Assembly (NCBI GenBank): GCA_002633005.1 | Contig: NMRA01000397.1 | Coordinates: 97,217-161,216 of the forward strand | From: Phoronis australis | Lineage: Eukaryota; Animalia; Phoronida | Length of the DNA stretch: 64,000 nucleotides | Direction: 5' to 3' | Part shown: positions 13,901 to 28,900 of the stretch, piece by piece | Layout of the letters: each line of letters opens with the position of its first letter | How positions within the stretch are numbered: the first letter of the stretch is position 1 | Made by a program: the position numbers and the translations under genes | The notes under the pieces: generated by a model | The model's database searches: none | What the model saw: the letters and a program-made list of their open reading frames with translations, nothing else | Told to the model about the DNA's origin: nothing

Positions 13901-16900
13901 GCAATTTCATTTTTTTTTGCATCCGTGGCTGTATCTTCTAATTTTTCCATGGTTTTTGTGAAATTTGGCAAGTGTTCTTCTATGAATGTGACAATGGATG
14001 ATGACTACTTTCAGATGGATCTGACCTGTTTTGGTGTAGTCATGGATGCATTTCAAAGCTTTACGTTGCTCTTGTTTGTTTATTGAATCACCTTCTACGC
14101 TTACAACCTCTTAGTCATTTGGAATGTTTAGTAAGTTTGTGGTGTACCTTTAAAGTCTGTCTTTAAAGTTCTTGATAAGCAGACATTCTTCTCTCAAGAC
14201 CTGTATGCAGGGTGCGGTCATGTGGGACGCAATATCCATGTGCATTCATTAGCATCTTGTTTCTGGTGTCATGATGGACAGTTGGAGCCAGTCCAAGAAC
14301 TTGAGAGTTTTTTCTTCCATGGTGTTGCCTGAAGGTTGCTGAATCTGTGTTTGGTATGTACTTCACTTGCCGACTGGATTTGAAACCATAGAGGATATTT
14401 TGGCTGGCTGTTGCTGCCAATCTGTTGATGGCATTGACTCTCACTTCTGTTTCAAGCTCATCGCCCTTTCTGTGGTTCTTTTAAATGTTCTGGGGGTTTG
14501 TAGCTGCTATTGAAATGCCTTAGATTGTATAGCATTTTAGAAATAATGTTTTTAAATTCCTTGCACACGCGGAATGCTTGTGCAGCCATTAAAACAAACG
14601 TTCTGAGATGCCCAAGAGCAGAGATAATGAGCAAAATGTATTTTATGAGCGCCATTTTTGAAAATACAAAATGGCCACCAAATAATTAAAATTTTAAATT
14701 CCTTGCCCTATGAAAGGCTGGTGTAGCCATAAATACTAACATTCTAAGTGGCCCAAGTGCGGAGATATTGAGCAAAATCTGTTTTACCGACGCCATTTTT
14801 GAAAATCAAGATGGCTTCCAAGATGGTTGCCAAAAAATAGAATCAATTAGTTTCTGATTTATCATTCCATGAGGTTTCCAAGAATGTATAGTTTCCACTT
14901 TCCCCAGAAAATTTGGACATAGTGAACCCGACTACACAGCCATAATAATAAAAAAAATTACTGGAACACAAAACTGGTGTTAACACATCTAAGACAATGT
15001 GATGAATGAATTTTTTAATAAGTATAACGAGGAGTCAAATCGACAAGTTCCAATATTCACTTGGTGTAGCAGCCAAAAAGCATTTGTGGATTCACTTTGA
15101 GATTCGTAGATCCATGAAATTGAAAAAATCTTTTTGTAATTACAGACACCTGGTGGACATAGACACCTGGTGGCTGCCTAAAGTATTGCTCACAGGTGTC
15201 TTTGAAAAGCAAGTTTCTTGTAACTCACATTAGTTGTTATATCACATGGAAATTTTCTGCACCCACAAAAACCTTATGGTCATATATAGTCCGTATCTCA
15301 TTTGTCCGTTCATCCATCTGTCCGGTGGTTAGTTCCTGTCTGTCGTTAACATTTCTTGTCTCATAATTATTCTCGTGATGAAATTTTGTATAGAGGTACT
15401 CAGTAGGTATGCGCTAGCACCACGCAATTTTTTAACAGATTTGGCTACGGTGTTACCCCATGTTGGCAGTTTAAGTTTTCAACAAGCCATTCCTTGTGCG
15501 TCAATTATCTCAAAAACTGGTTGATGGATCACAATGAAATTCAATACAGAGGTATATGTTGAGAATACGCCAACACCAGTTGATTTTTGAAGGAATTTAT
15601 ATACTACAACACCCCCTGTTAGTTTTTGACTACTCAAGTCATTCCTTGTCTGTCGATTACCTTGAAGCCGCTTAATGTATCATGATGACATTTGGCACAG
15701 AGATAGATAATGTGGATGCGCCAGCACCAGTTCTTCTTCTTCAGCGTTCCCGGCCATGCAGCTTAGATAGTCAGTCTGGTCTTTTGGGTGAAGTGTGCAG
15801 TTCACTGCAATGATGCCGTCGGGCCCCACAGTTTTACCTTGAGTTCCACCGGACTGGGCCATGTCTGGCGCCTTAGGGAATCGAACGTAGGGCAGCTCTG
15901 CAGTAAATGCTCAGGTGTCTGGGGGCCAGTGCCACAGGGACACTCGTCTGTGTGAGAGATTTTCAGGCGATGCATGTGGGAGAGCAGCTGGCAGTGGCCG
16001 GTTCTTAGCCTGAAGATAGTGACTTGTTCTTGCCGGTCAAGCTGGTGGATATAGTCTTCTTCAGTCCCCAGATGTAGGCGTGCCCTCCAGGCATTTCTAA
16101 AGTGACTTCGTAGGAGGGTTTTTAATTCTTCATATGATGATGGGTACGACGTCTGTTCCAGTTTGCTTCCTGCCTTGCTTCCTCGTTGCCGCTGATGCCG
16201 CAGTGGGAGGGAATCCATTGCAGCACAACAGTGGTTTTGCTGCTGAGAATGTTCATCTCTTGTTTGATGGATTGCAGGATCTGGTCTCTCTCTGTTGTCT
16301 GGAGGCTCTGCAGAAGAGATCGGCAGCCTGTGAGGAAGGCTGTCTGATCCGGGAGCCTTGTTTGCTGGTTGAGTATGGGCTGCGAGGTATAGGGCATTTG
16401 CCTCAGCTCTAGTTGGTGGAGTGAACGCCCGTGGCAATGGACTTGCGGAGAGTGCTGCCGTCTGGGTATTTGATGAATACCCCACCTCCCCCATTTCTGA
16501 TAGCATTCTCTGTAGAGTCATCTGTATAAACTCGGGTCCAGGTGGTGGTAGGGTAGTCTCTGTCTAGGGTTTGTTGGGTGAGGGCTTTCAGGACTGCCTC
16601 CAGTTGTGTATGCTTTGCTTCAATCCTAGGGATGTCGAGAATGATGGGGGGAACGTCCAGGGACCATTCTTCAAAGACTTGGAGCATTTCTATTGGTTGG
16701 TTGATTGAGGATAGCAGAGGTTGATATTTCTGCTGAAGTGCCTTGATGAGGTGGTTTGGGCTCTGCTTCTTGATGCGGTTTTTGGTCGGGGCTTGGAGTT
16801 TGGAGTGCAGTTGATGTGATGGAAGACGCTTCATCTTTTAGGCCTCTCTCAGGAGTTTCTTATCCCGTCTTTCGTTCAATGAGGTTAAGCCTGCCGTCTT

Positions 16901-19900
16901 CTCCACTTCCGTGATGGGGTTGGTCTTCATGCCTCCTGTGATTAAGCGCAGACCAGTATTCTGGACCCTGGCTAAGTTGTCTGTGTTGGTTTTGGCAGCT
17001 GTAGATCATGCGTTAGAGGCGTACTCCACCTGGGGTCTGACAGATCCCGTGTAAACTTGGGTCAAGATCTTTATGTTTGCACCCCAACTGGTACCAGCAA
17101 GTTTCTTCATCACAGCAATTTTCTTAGTAGCTTTGCTGCGCATGGCAGCAATGTGAGTTTGAGTTGACCAAGTAAGCCTCTTGTCCAGTTTAACTCCAAG
17201 GTAGGTTGGGATTTTTTGGTGGGGAATGTTCTGGCCTTCTAGCTGGAGCGAGAACTCTTCTTTTTTGGGAGAAATGGAAAAGCACGTGGCCTCTGTTTTG
17301 GTCCTGTTGATCCTGACCATCCACTCTTTTGCCCAGTTTAGGATGATGTCCATGACTCCCTGCATTCTGTAAGCTGCTGTGGTGATGTATTCTGCTTTTG
17401 TCCATACAGCCAGGTCATCTGCATGGAGAGTCCTTGAAATGTGCAAGAACAGGTGATCAGCAATGTCATCAACGAAGACAACAAAAAGTGTCGGCGATAT
17501 TATGCTGCCCTGGGGTACTCCTTCCCTAGTCCTAATCAGCTTGCTTGTCTGTTCTTCCTGCTTTACAGTTTTACGCGTGCAAATCTGTGGAGGAGGTAAC
17601 TGTTAATCCACACATACATTTTGCCACATACTTGTTTTTGGAGGAGCTTGAGGAGTAAGTCTTCCTTCCAGACCTTATCGAAGGCTTTAGTTAGGTTCAA
17701 GAACATGGCTAGTGTCTTCATTTTCTGCTGAAAGCCATTTTCTATGTCTTGGGTGAGCAGTGTGATCTGATCCTCTGTGCTTCTGTTCTTTCTGAACCCT
17801 GACTGGGTGGGGTTAATAATCCTGTTCTTTTCTAGGTGATATTGTAGACGTTTGTTGACCATGCATTCCATGAGTTAGCCTGGAGAGCTGAGAAGGCTGA
17901 TGGAGCGATAGCTGCTCTTGCTGTGCTTGTCCTTTCCCTTCTTTAAGATTGGAATGATTATGGCTTCCTTCCAGCTGACTGGAAAAAACCCATTCTCCAA
18001 AACTGGTTGTAAATGTCCAGAAGCTTCTGTTTAGTGAGACTACCAAGGTGTTGAATTATGTCATTGCTGATACCGTCCTTTCCAGGTGCCTTCTTGGTCT
18101 TGAGTTGTCTGATGGAACTACTCAGTTCTTGCATGGTGAAGTCGTTAGTCTTGCTGGCAGTTTGTTGTTGTTGCCTCTTTTTCAGTTCCTCTGTTTTCTG
18201 TGTTCAGACTGCTGCTGTTTTCTGCCTGGGAATATCCAGGAGACTGTCGTCTCTAAAATTCTCAGCAAGCACAGCACCAGTTGATTTTCAGACAGATTTG
18301 GGTACTGTTGGCCATTTTAGTTTTTGACAAGACAGGTTATCTCAAAAACCACTAGGCAATTGGATGAAATTTGGCACAAAGATATATGGCAGGGATAGAT
18401 CTACTGGCAGCAGCCAATCTTCGTTTTGATTCGATATCCCTCTTGGCCACTTCAGTTTTCGACAACATTTGACAAGACAGCTAGTTCTTGTCCCTTGATC
18501 ATCTTAACAGATCATGATGTGTGTCCTGGAGGCTATTTGTTTACAAGTGTTACTTCCTTTTGTAGGACTTTTCAGTAATGAGCACCCCTAGTATCTGCCA
18601 TTTGCAATGTACACGAAGGGTGCATACCAACATTCTTGTTCATTAATCGCAATTCTGTGGAAACAATGTGTGAACTTTATTCCTTGCCTTGGGAGGGAGC
18701 TGATGTTGTGTCTGCTGGACCGTTGTTGGCTAACGAAACACTGAAGACTGAAAATATCTAAAGAGAATAAAACCTAACATGTATATTACTATTTATAATT
18801 CAAGGATAATTTAAAAAATATTGTACATGTTTGCATTTTACAGTTCAACCTAATTAAAATTATGGGTGGTGGGTTGGGGAAATAAAAGAAAAATATGGGT
18901 GGCGGGTAGAAAATGAAAGCGCCTTCCTTCTCCCATATGTTTTTTACTGGAACACTCCTGAATATTTTGGAACATCTGAAACTTTAGTATACCGTACTTG
19001 TTGTACTTAACTTTTCAAATGTTTTGGCTATGCAGTGGATAGAAACTGTTTGCTTTGAGGCGTAAAGTAAGAATTAATAAGATTAAGGGAGCTTTAAGAT
19101 TGTATAGCTTATGTTGTGGTATCACCCATTCTCTTATTGGTTTACTTCAGGTGCTGATATGCCGGTGAAGATTGAACCAGGGCCCAACAAGTTCTTGAGT
19201 GGCCAGCCGCGAGAGCCGGCACCTGAATGGAGACCTGCCCATGACGCCCAGATACAGTCACCACCTGCCAACATCCAGTCCCCTCCCATACACATGCGCC
19301 CACCTGAGATGGAGTTTGCTGGTCACCCCGTTGGTGTGCCCCCACATTCAGGGCCCTCACACTCGTACAGGGAGATAGATGACAGGGGATTTCACCAAAT
19401 GCACCCTCCTTTGCCACAAGGCTTGCCACAAGGCTTGCCACAAGGCTTGCCACAAGCACAGCCTTTGCCACCACAGCCTCATATATTGGGACCCCCTCCT
19501 CACATGGTCCATCCTGTAGGTCACCCACAGGGCCCACTACCCCCTCCAATACAGCAGCAACCCCCACCAGGCCACTTCCCGCCAGCCATGGGCGTGCCAA
19601 TGCAGCAACCACCCCGCATGGAATATCCCCCACAACCCCAACCACCCCAAGTACAACATCCAGGGGTTGTCCCACCAATGCCAGATGCGTTCCACCCGCA
19701 GAGACCCCCTATCGTTACTCATTCGCATGGTGGCCCTCCACTGCAACCACAAGACCTTCCAGAGTCATTTGAGGATCGATTGCATGGAGAATCTGGCCGA
19801 GAATTTCGTGACAAATATGACAGAGACTCTTTTAGAGATACTAGAGAAGGTGGCGATGGTGACTCGCGTGACTTCAGAGATCAGGATTCTCGTGATTATC

Positions 19901-22900
19901 GTGATTCTAGAGATAACCGTGACTATCGCGATTCGAGAAGTCGTGAGCGTGGACGTGATCGGGACAAGGATAGGAACAGGCGTGAGTATGACAAGGACAG
20001 AGACTATGAGCGGTCACGTAAAAGGTCACCTAGGAGGTCAAAGTCACCCACTTTCAAGAGGTCAAGGTCGCCAAGAACTAGGTCAAGGTCACCAGCACCA
20101 CCTCACAAACCTTCAAGCGGAGAGACTGGCGAAGCAGCAGCAGGTTTGTTTATAGAATTGATCTTGAACACATTTTGGATTACAAGTTCCTCACAGAATA
20201 AACTATCGAGTAGTTACATTCTCTGTAAAAATACCTACTTGTTGTCATAGTAAAACCCTGTCAATTTGTATGTGTTTGCTCTCCGGTTGCATGCGTTTTC
20301 TCTTTCAGCCACATGTAACTTTCCTTTCGTTTTTTGTTTGCCTCTTACATTGCAAGTTTTATTTGTATCAAACTATCAGGCGTGCAAGTATTGTGTAAAG
20401 ATTATTTCATTGCCAAAGCTTTGTTGCTAATTTCATCTCAACCCAATTGAGAAAAGCTAAAGTGAGTGTAAAGCAGATACGGCTATTACAGAGGCACAAT
20501 GTCAGTGGCTATTTTTATTTATTTATTATCGATTTGAGTCTATTTTTATCATGTGAATGAACAAACTAGTTTTGTTGCACTTGTGCCGTGTGTTCTCATC
20601 AGATGCTGTTTGCCCTCTGGAGTCACCACCTGAGGAGTTTCTGGAGCCCATCTCACCTGATGGAGACGACGAGTTTGGAGATCCTGATCAGGTCAGTGGT
20701 CACATCTGTGGGGCTTGGTGAAAAAGGGTAAACAGCCATGTTCAAGGCGAATTTAGTCCTATTGTGAATGTTGGTACTTTTAGTCACTTTAAAAACATTG
20801 AATCTGCAACGTAGGATATACCAGGGCTGCGTTGCATGGGCCTAAGACATTATCTTGCACTTACGGTGAAAAATCTCGGCTTATGGAACGGAACAGCGAC
20901 TGACATATATCCCATAATTCACGAAGTTTATCCTATAATTTAACACATCAACCTATCACTTCAGTGGTGGCCATTTTGCTAAGTTAGGCTAGTAAGGTCT
21001 TGAGCAAACTCGCGAAAAACACCTTTCATTCATTTCATTTTGCGTGATCTTGCTTTTCTTGCTCAAGAAAGTTGATCTATGGAACGCACTCCTATAGACA
21101 ATGCTATGTAAAACTGGTCCTTATCTCATTATTAAATTATCTCATGTTTAAGACTAGTATAGTTGGAAGTTGTGTAGTTTAATTTCCAGGTCCTGATCAA
21201 GGCGGTTCATATCAGTTACAATTTCAATACGCTGCACCAGTATCTCAATATTTATTCGAAGAAAAAAAGCTGATTTTGAGAATGTTTGATGAAAAATAGA
21301 AATAATCGGGACAGGTTAAGATAAGAATTGATTTCTCAGTGATTAGATATACCTATATTTCATTACGGTAAATGGGTTAAAATAAAAAATCAAAATTACT
21401 CTATGGGTTACTCCACAATTGATCCGTTGTTAATTGTGAGGTACCCAAATGCTCTGGTACATCCTTCACTTCACACTATTTGAAGAACATTGTCTTTAAG
21501 ATATCTTAATTACTTCGGGTTTGGATTGCAACTGTGTGTAGGTTTCAACAGTTTTTCAACTGATGTTTGCTGGTGCTACTTTGCATCAAATTGTATCTCT
21601 TTTGTCCCCAGGAGGGTATTGATGTAGGTTATGAGGACATCGACTCGGACGAGGAGTTTCTGTCTGGTGATGAGATGTTGCCTGAGGTGAGTAACTTGTA
21701 TTTTGATACACGTGCACCACAAATGAATGGCTGGAATGTGTATTGCATGATGGAAGTATGCTGGTTACTAGTGAGACCAGCCATGGACATATCTGAATAG
21801 AATTTAAAAGTTTGCTGCTGAAAATCAATCCGTGAATGATAAGAGACTCTGTTGTTTCAATGTCACATTTTTATGCGCCCATACGCATACGCATACATTT
21901 ATCAAGTGTCCCAAAAAAGTGAATCACTTTTTGACAAGTAATTTCTCAGCATCGGATAAGCCATTTTTCAAATTTTGTACAGATGAAACCTTAGGATATT
22001 ATCAACAAATGTGCTAAATATCAAAGAGATCTGTGTCCAATTGTGGGGGTACTGTCAAATTAAAAAGATCAGGTCAAAAAATAATATATCAAAGTTAAGC
22101 TCGCTTATTTCAGTCTATGCTCAATGTGGCCTGCGTCTTCCCCTACAACTAAACGGAGCCGTTTCTTCTAAGCAGAAACGATTTTCCGTATGTCTCCCAT
22201 CAAGATTTCCTTCCATGACATGATTATCATGTCTTTTAACTCCTGCTCAGTCAGTTTACTTCTCGTTCACCGGTAAACTTTGTCCTTCAGAGAGTCGCAT
22301 GTGGCACAGTCCATTTGATTGCAGTCTGGACTGAGCGGAGGCCACTCATCCTTTTTGATGAATTTTAGTGTGGCCTCCTCCATATGAGCCTGGGTTATCT
22401 TGCTTGTGTGTGATGGAGCCCCATCTTGCTGAAACACCTAAGTGTTTCCAAGATAAATTCACCTGTAATACAGGAGAGGATTTTCATCCAATAACTGCTT
22501 GTAGCTTTGACTGTTAACTTTGGCTCTTATCAGTGTCAATAAAATGAATCTTTGTTTTTCCTTCCAAAGATACTCCAGCGAAAACCATAACTTTTTTGGA
22601 AAATCTGGAAGTCTCATGATAGAGTCAAGAGGGCTGAATTTCTCTTTTTTGTTTCCCACAAGCATGATCGTGAATTTAATAGTAAAATCTTTTTTCATCA
22701 TTGAAAATGATTTCTTTCAAATCAGTGGCTGTGTAGCAGTCATTCAAGTATTGGCATTGAGTTCTTCTTTTCCTTCTAACATTTTGATCTCTCTGTGATA
22801 CCCACATTCTTTTGAAGGGTTTTGACTCCATTTTTTCTCCATTCTTTGCTTAGAAGACATGCTCACTTGCGATTCGCATACGATTACTCTCGGAGATTTG

Positions 22901-25900
22901 TGATTCCCCAGGTTGTCCTCCTGGGATTGAATCCGCTCCTCAACATGATCCTCGTTTTCTTTCGAATATGCAGTCTTGGGTCTCCCACTGCCACTTTTAT
23001 GCACAACAGACCCTGTGTTGTGTATTTTAGCGGTGAGTATTTACAGTTGCAAGACTCCGCCACCCTTTTCGTGGGAACTCCCTAGCGATTGTTCTTCCGA
23101 TCCACCCTTTCTCCTCGAAAACGGTTTCACTCAAAGGCATCCTTACAATCCGGAATATTGGACAGAATTGATTTAGATACAGATCTGTCAATATAAAAAC
23201 AGTAGATTTGAGACCCAGGTAGGAAATTGAGACAGATGCCAGCACAGCATGAACATGATGAAAATAACTGATATTGCTTTTTTCACCCCGCTGTTTTGAA
23301 TTTCACAGTACTTCCATATTTTTTTATATTTCTCCGAGATACTTTGTGGACTTGTTGATGACACCCTGAAGATACATTGTGAAAAATTGAATGAATTCGG
23401 CTTGTCAATAGCTGAGAAATAGTTGTCAAATAGAGGTTCACTTTTTGGGACATCTGATGTGGTCTCGTATTGTCGTCACTTAGTCCGGGCGTCTGGTTTT
23501 CCAGGTGTGCACTTGATATCTCAAAAACCCATGGTCGGATTTTGACGAAATTTGGCACAACAGTGTAGGGCACCACTAGAACGGTTCTTGCCACTTTTTA
23601 ATTTGCCCGCCCACTGAGGTCATGGGGACGTGGCTTCTTTCAGAATGATATCTAAAAAATGGATTGATGCACAAATTACATTGAAACTTGACTTGATATC
23701 TAGAGAATGGACAGATTTCAATGAAACATGATACAAAGGTGTGTGGCATCAATGCGCTGACACCATTAAGTTTTTGGGCGGATTCGACTACGGTAGCACG
23801 TCCTAATGACCATTTGATTATCGAAATGAGCTTTTCAAGTTTGTGTGGCAGAAGAGCGATTCTGGATTATGTCTAGAGAGCGGATTGGTAGACTTCATTG
23901 AAACTTGACATAGAGGTATAAGATTGCGCCAGCACTAGTTGATTTTCCGACGGATTTGACTACTGCTGTGCCTTCTAATGGTCATTTTGTTTGAGAGCGT
24001 TTCCTGATGATAAGTTGAGAACCGAGTGAAGGATTTCAATGACAGTTGGCACAGAGCTTTGTAATGATAATGCAGTGACACCATTAAATTGACTGTGACT
24101 GACCTTATTTTCCCATATAGTGGGATGTATCCAGTGCGAAGGGAGAAAACTGGTATCAAATGATAATGGAAATTTGCAGGGCCTTTCGTTTGATGCAAAA
24201 CTAATCATTGACTTGCGTTAACAACATAAGTTTCAGGATTTTTATGTTTGAAATTTGCACAGAATTGTTGACCTGCACATCATTATGTCATTCGGCCAGA
24301 CATCGTGTTGCATATTTTCGACAGGAAGTTTTTCAATCTGAATTTGGACTGTGAACAAAAGGAAGTAGTTTCTTGCACTTTATAGTTACCTCTCTTTGAA
24401 CAATCATATGACACCACATAGAACAGAAAATTTATTCATTTGGATTCTACAAAAGTTCAGAGAATGATAGAGTGCAGCTGTTCTCTGAAAATTTGTTTGC
24501 CACCTGGGCGACCGGCCAGTGAACTACTTGCCCAGCACTGTTTTTAGTGGCATTGGCAAGTGAGGTTGTGGCTAAGTATATCCCTGCTTATACATGCAGT
24601 AAGCACAAAAATAAAGGGTGACAAATTGTTACTTGCCAATAAACACGAGTCTGTTCTCTGGAATAGCTATTTTAAGCCATGCAATGTAAATCTTGGTGTA
24701 GAAAGTGGTTTATTTTGTTATCAAGTTCTGTTCACATGTATTTATGTTCAAAGGAAGGAGACTATGAGTATGACAGTGGCGACTATGCCTGGGTCAGCGG
24801 GCTCACTGTATTTGACAGCTTCCAGTGTGAGGTCCTTCCGTTGCAGGTAAGATTTTCCAGTGATTCATTGAATGTTGTCTTATTTTTAAGTCCGCTCAAA
24901 AGTTGACGTGTAAACTTGATTTAACGTATGTGAATTACTGGCAAATTGTAGTTGAATACACTGTGCATGTACCGATGTAGCATGCTTAGCATTGTCAAAA
25001 TGTTTGTGACAATTACTGATTTATCCGTTAATCAGTCTAGATTATTTAATGATGTAGCGAAAATTTTGAAATTCGATGAATAGTCTAAAATTCTGCACTT
25101 CTTAGCTTCTAAGCTGCCCTATTTACATCTTACACATTTTCACCTCGCAGCATTTCCACGACCCCTCCCTCACACCATACCAGCTCAACAAGCTCAAGTA
25201 TTCTACCCAAGAGCAGTCAGACGGTGGAGATCTACCTCTTCCCTCTCAGGCTATAGTGAACATTATCAACCAGTTCACAGATGCAGACCACCACGCTGCG
25301 TGGGTGGAAGCACTGGAGGGCTTGCCGCAGTATCTCGACAATGGGTTGTACCCATTGCTGATCAATAGGATTAATGATGATGGTGCCAATTGCAGTAAAG
25401 TTGGCAAGATCCTGGACACTCTGGTTGACTGGGCACTGGAGAGTGTGGACTTGGCACTTGCTATGGCACAACCAGAGACACCGTTTAAGATTCGTCACCT
25501 GAAGATGGGTGCTAAGTTTGTTGGGGCAATGTTTGAACTCGACCCGGGTGTCTCCACTCGACTCCTTGAATGCGACATCCAACAGCGGCTGGTGGATTTG
25601 TATCTGGCTGATAACATGGCTTCATCTGTGCGGCTGCTGTTTGTGGCCGCACTCGATAAGTCTATCCGATTTGTCGACGGGATGACAGCATTTGTGGAAC
25701 GCTTAGGAAGTGATGGGCAAACGTGTTACCAGAGATGTACCGAGAGTCTGGTGTCTAATAAGGTTTCTGGTTTATGATGTAATTCTTTTAAAGGAAAACA
25801 CAACTTTTTTGATGTTATGTTTAGCAAAAATGCAGATCCCTGGTATTTACTCTCCGAGAAACAATAGATAGTGAAGCAAAAGACCTTCATCTTGTTTCTG

Positions 25901-28900
25901 TATTCACTACCTTAGGCCAAACACAATGCCACACTTGCTATTGAACAGTGTTTGCGTGTTGGAAGTGAACGCAAACCAAGATGTGACCTTTTGCTGGGCT
26001 GTTTACATCACTTTCCGTTGTTCCATGAATAACAGGTACACACCAAGGGAACAATAACACAGAGAATTGTCTTGGTAAGATAACTTGGGGTCTGCAATTT
26101 TGCTGAAAGTAACATCAAAGCTGTTTTTTGCCCCCTTTAATATCCATGTTCTTGTGTGATAAGACTTAAGTAACATACCCATATTTTAATCTCTGTTTAA
26201 AAACATTTTGTCAGCAGAAGTGAGCCTTTGTCTTGTTTGGATGGTTTTCAATTTTAATTTGTCCAAAAATTAATTGGATGTATTTTTATTTGAGTGTGTA
26301 TTTTAAAATTCAGGTCCTCTGAGGTCATCAAGTTTTACTACATGATATTCATCAGTGGGCTCCTCTGTAGAACTGAACTCTCAAATGGCATACGCATGAG
26401 AGGATGATAGCAAAATGTGAATGTTCAAAGATGTTATTTTAGTTAACGTTTATTCATTATTTCTTATTAATAGGTAGCTGAAGCAGAATTCAAAGTGTTG
26501 ACAGCAATTTTTTTTCTTAATTGTTCACAGGTCTGGTGTCTCACCAAGTCTACTAGAAATTGGCACCTTTGATTTTCCATATTTTCCAGATGTTTCGCAC
26601 GACTATGGCGGTAACAGCTCTCCTGCGCAAGGTTCACACTTATCAAGTGGCTGACAAGTTGAAGAGAGCTGTAGATGTGTAAGTGTGTGGAGTCTTCATG
26701 CCATGTTCTTGCATTCTGTTGAAATGTATCCAACTATTCCTTTATGTTTGGAGTATGAGCGGAATCGGAAATTGGTCAGGAAGGTTAAGAAAGTGTTCCG
26801 GTTGTATGCAAATGTTCTCTGTTGTGCAGATTTCTACTAGACTCATCTCTACTAACATTAGTTTGTGCCTTTTCTTGCAAATTTTCATTATTTGTTATAT
26901 GCTTGTGACTATTTTATACTTTAACAATTGACTAGCCGTTACCCGTGCTTAAACACGGGTAGTAGCTATTGTATGGGAAATGCCTTCAAGTGAACATTTA
27001 GTTTTTCTCTCAAGAGACAGGATTTTTCTTGAAGAGACCGTTTTATTTTAAAGCTTCAATCAGAATTTCTGGGCAGGTGTGTAGCTATTTTTAAAAAATA
27101 TTTTTTCTTCCCAGAACATTTGACCCTGGTGTAACATAATGTACGGATCGACTATTCTGTGAAGTGAAAACAAAGGAAGCATTAAAAATATTGTCACTGT
27201 ACACAAAGAATACAAATGTTTTTTTCAAAAGTCACATAAATGTACATACTAAAATAGAAAGCCAGCTACCTGTATGAAGACTATCGTCAATTTACAGCTG
27301 CATAGGTAGCCGTGTCTATCTGTTAGACACCGAAACTTCTCACAACCCGGGTAGCTCAGTCAACTGTCAACATATGTAGAGCTAAAGACCGGCAGGCCGG
27401 GGGTGCATGCAGAATCTTTGGGAATCAACCAACACTCACCTTGTCCGTTGCAGCTGTTCAAGTGAAAAAAATCTAATATATATCATTTTGGCGTAATTCT
27501 CTGTCTTTTACAAAAAATTCTGTCGATCGTTGTTTGAAAACAATCCGCTCATGACACTCGCATGTGCCATTTCCTACTGAAATTTTGCAATATCTCTTGG
27601 GAGATGATGACAGCTTTGCAGTAAATTGGGTTTGCTGGTATTAAGGTACTAAAGACTTGTAAAGAAATGAAACCAGTTCCGATTGTTATGACATGTACGT
27701 AACCTTGTGGAAGAGAAGAACACTGAGTTGTCTGAATCTTGGCCAATAGGTGATGCAATGGCGCCGAAAGCCAAACCAAAAGAGCCCACCCCAATTTAGC
27801 AGCAAAATAACGGTAGAACGCAAATTTTTTCAACATCGGCAAATAATTATGCGCCCACATATTTATATGTGGACGCATTATGCCGTCATCTCCATCCGGG
27901 CGGCGTCCGTCCGGTGTCTGGTGTCCGCTGCTCTATCTCCAAAACCGACTGACGTATGTTCATGAAATTTTGCATGTGTTCCTTTCATAGATGGGATGGC
28001 ATGAGCGAACTTTTGGACGGATCCGACTAGCGGTGTGTCCCCTTATAGTTTTTACGTTTACCTCTGTATCTTCAAAGGTCTTCAACGTATTTTCATAAAA
28101 TTTGGTATATAGGCATCTATTAGTGAGACGACGGTATCCTCCCGTTTTTGGATGGATTCGATGTAGTTTGCACCACCTAGTGGCCATTTTTACTGTTTTC
28201 GAGTCTGTTTTTTGACGTCTACCCCTCTATCAACCAAACCGGTCTAAGCATTATTGTGAAATTGGCATGTATGTTCTTACTATGAAGAGGACAGTTGACG
28301 AGGATTTTCCGACGACTTCGACTACTGTGGCGCCTCCTAGTGGCAGTTTTGTTTTTTTGCACTTTGGCTATATCTCCTAAACCGTTTGCAGCATCTTTAC
28401 TAAATTTAGTAAGTGCATTTATATGATGTTGACAATGGACGACGACAACTTTTGGACAGATCTGAAAACTGGTGTGCCACCTAGTGGCAATTTTATTTTT
28501 TTTACGTTTACCTTTGTATCTTCAAAAGTCCTCAACGTAATTTCATAAAATTTGGCGTACAGGCTTCTGTTAGTGAGTTGACGATATCTTTCCGATTTCA
28601 GATGGATTTGACCTACTTTGCACCACCTAGTGGCCAATTTTACTGTTTTCGAGTCTGTTTTTTGGCGTCCACCCCTCTATCAACCAAACCGCTTTCAGGA
28701 TAATTATGAAAATTGGCATGTATGTTTTTACTATGAAGTGGGCGGCTGACGATGATTTTCCGATGGCTTCGACTATCATGGTGTCTCCTAGTGGTAGTTT
28801 CTTTTTTTGCGCCCTTAGTTGTATCTCCTAAAGCGTTTGTAGGATCTTTACTAAATTTGAGAAGTGTGTTTATATGATGTTGACAACGGACGACAATGAT

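Noticed and set aside
19142-20155. Overlapping ORFs 19142..19678(-), 19537..19752(-), 19667..20155(+)
   Set aside because: Shadow frames of the low-complexity VIRMA exon.
26531-26589. Upstream alternative acceptor (ttcacag at 26530) for the 26590 exon
   Set aside because: It would add 59 nt and shift the frame; 26590 gives the conserved peptide.
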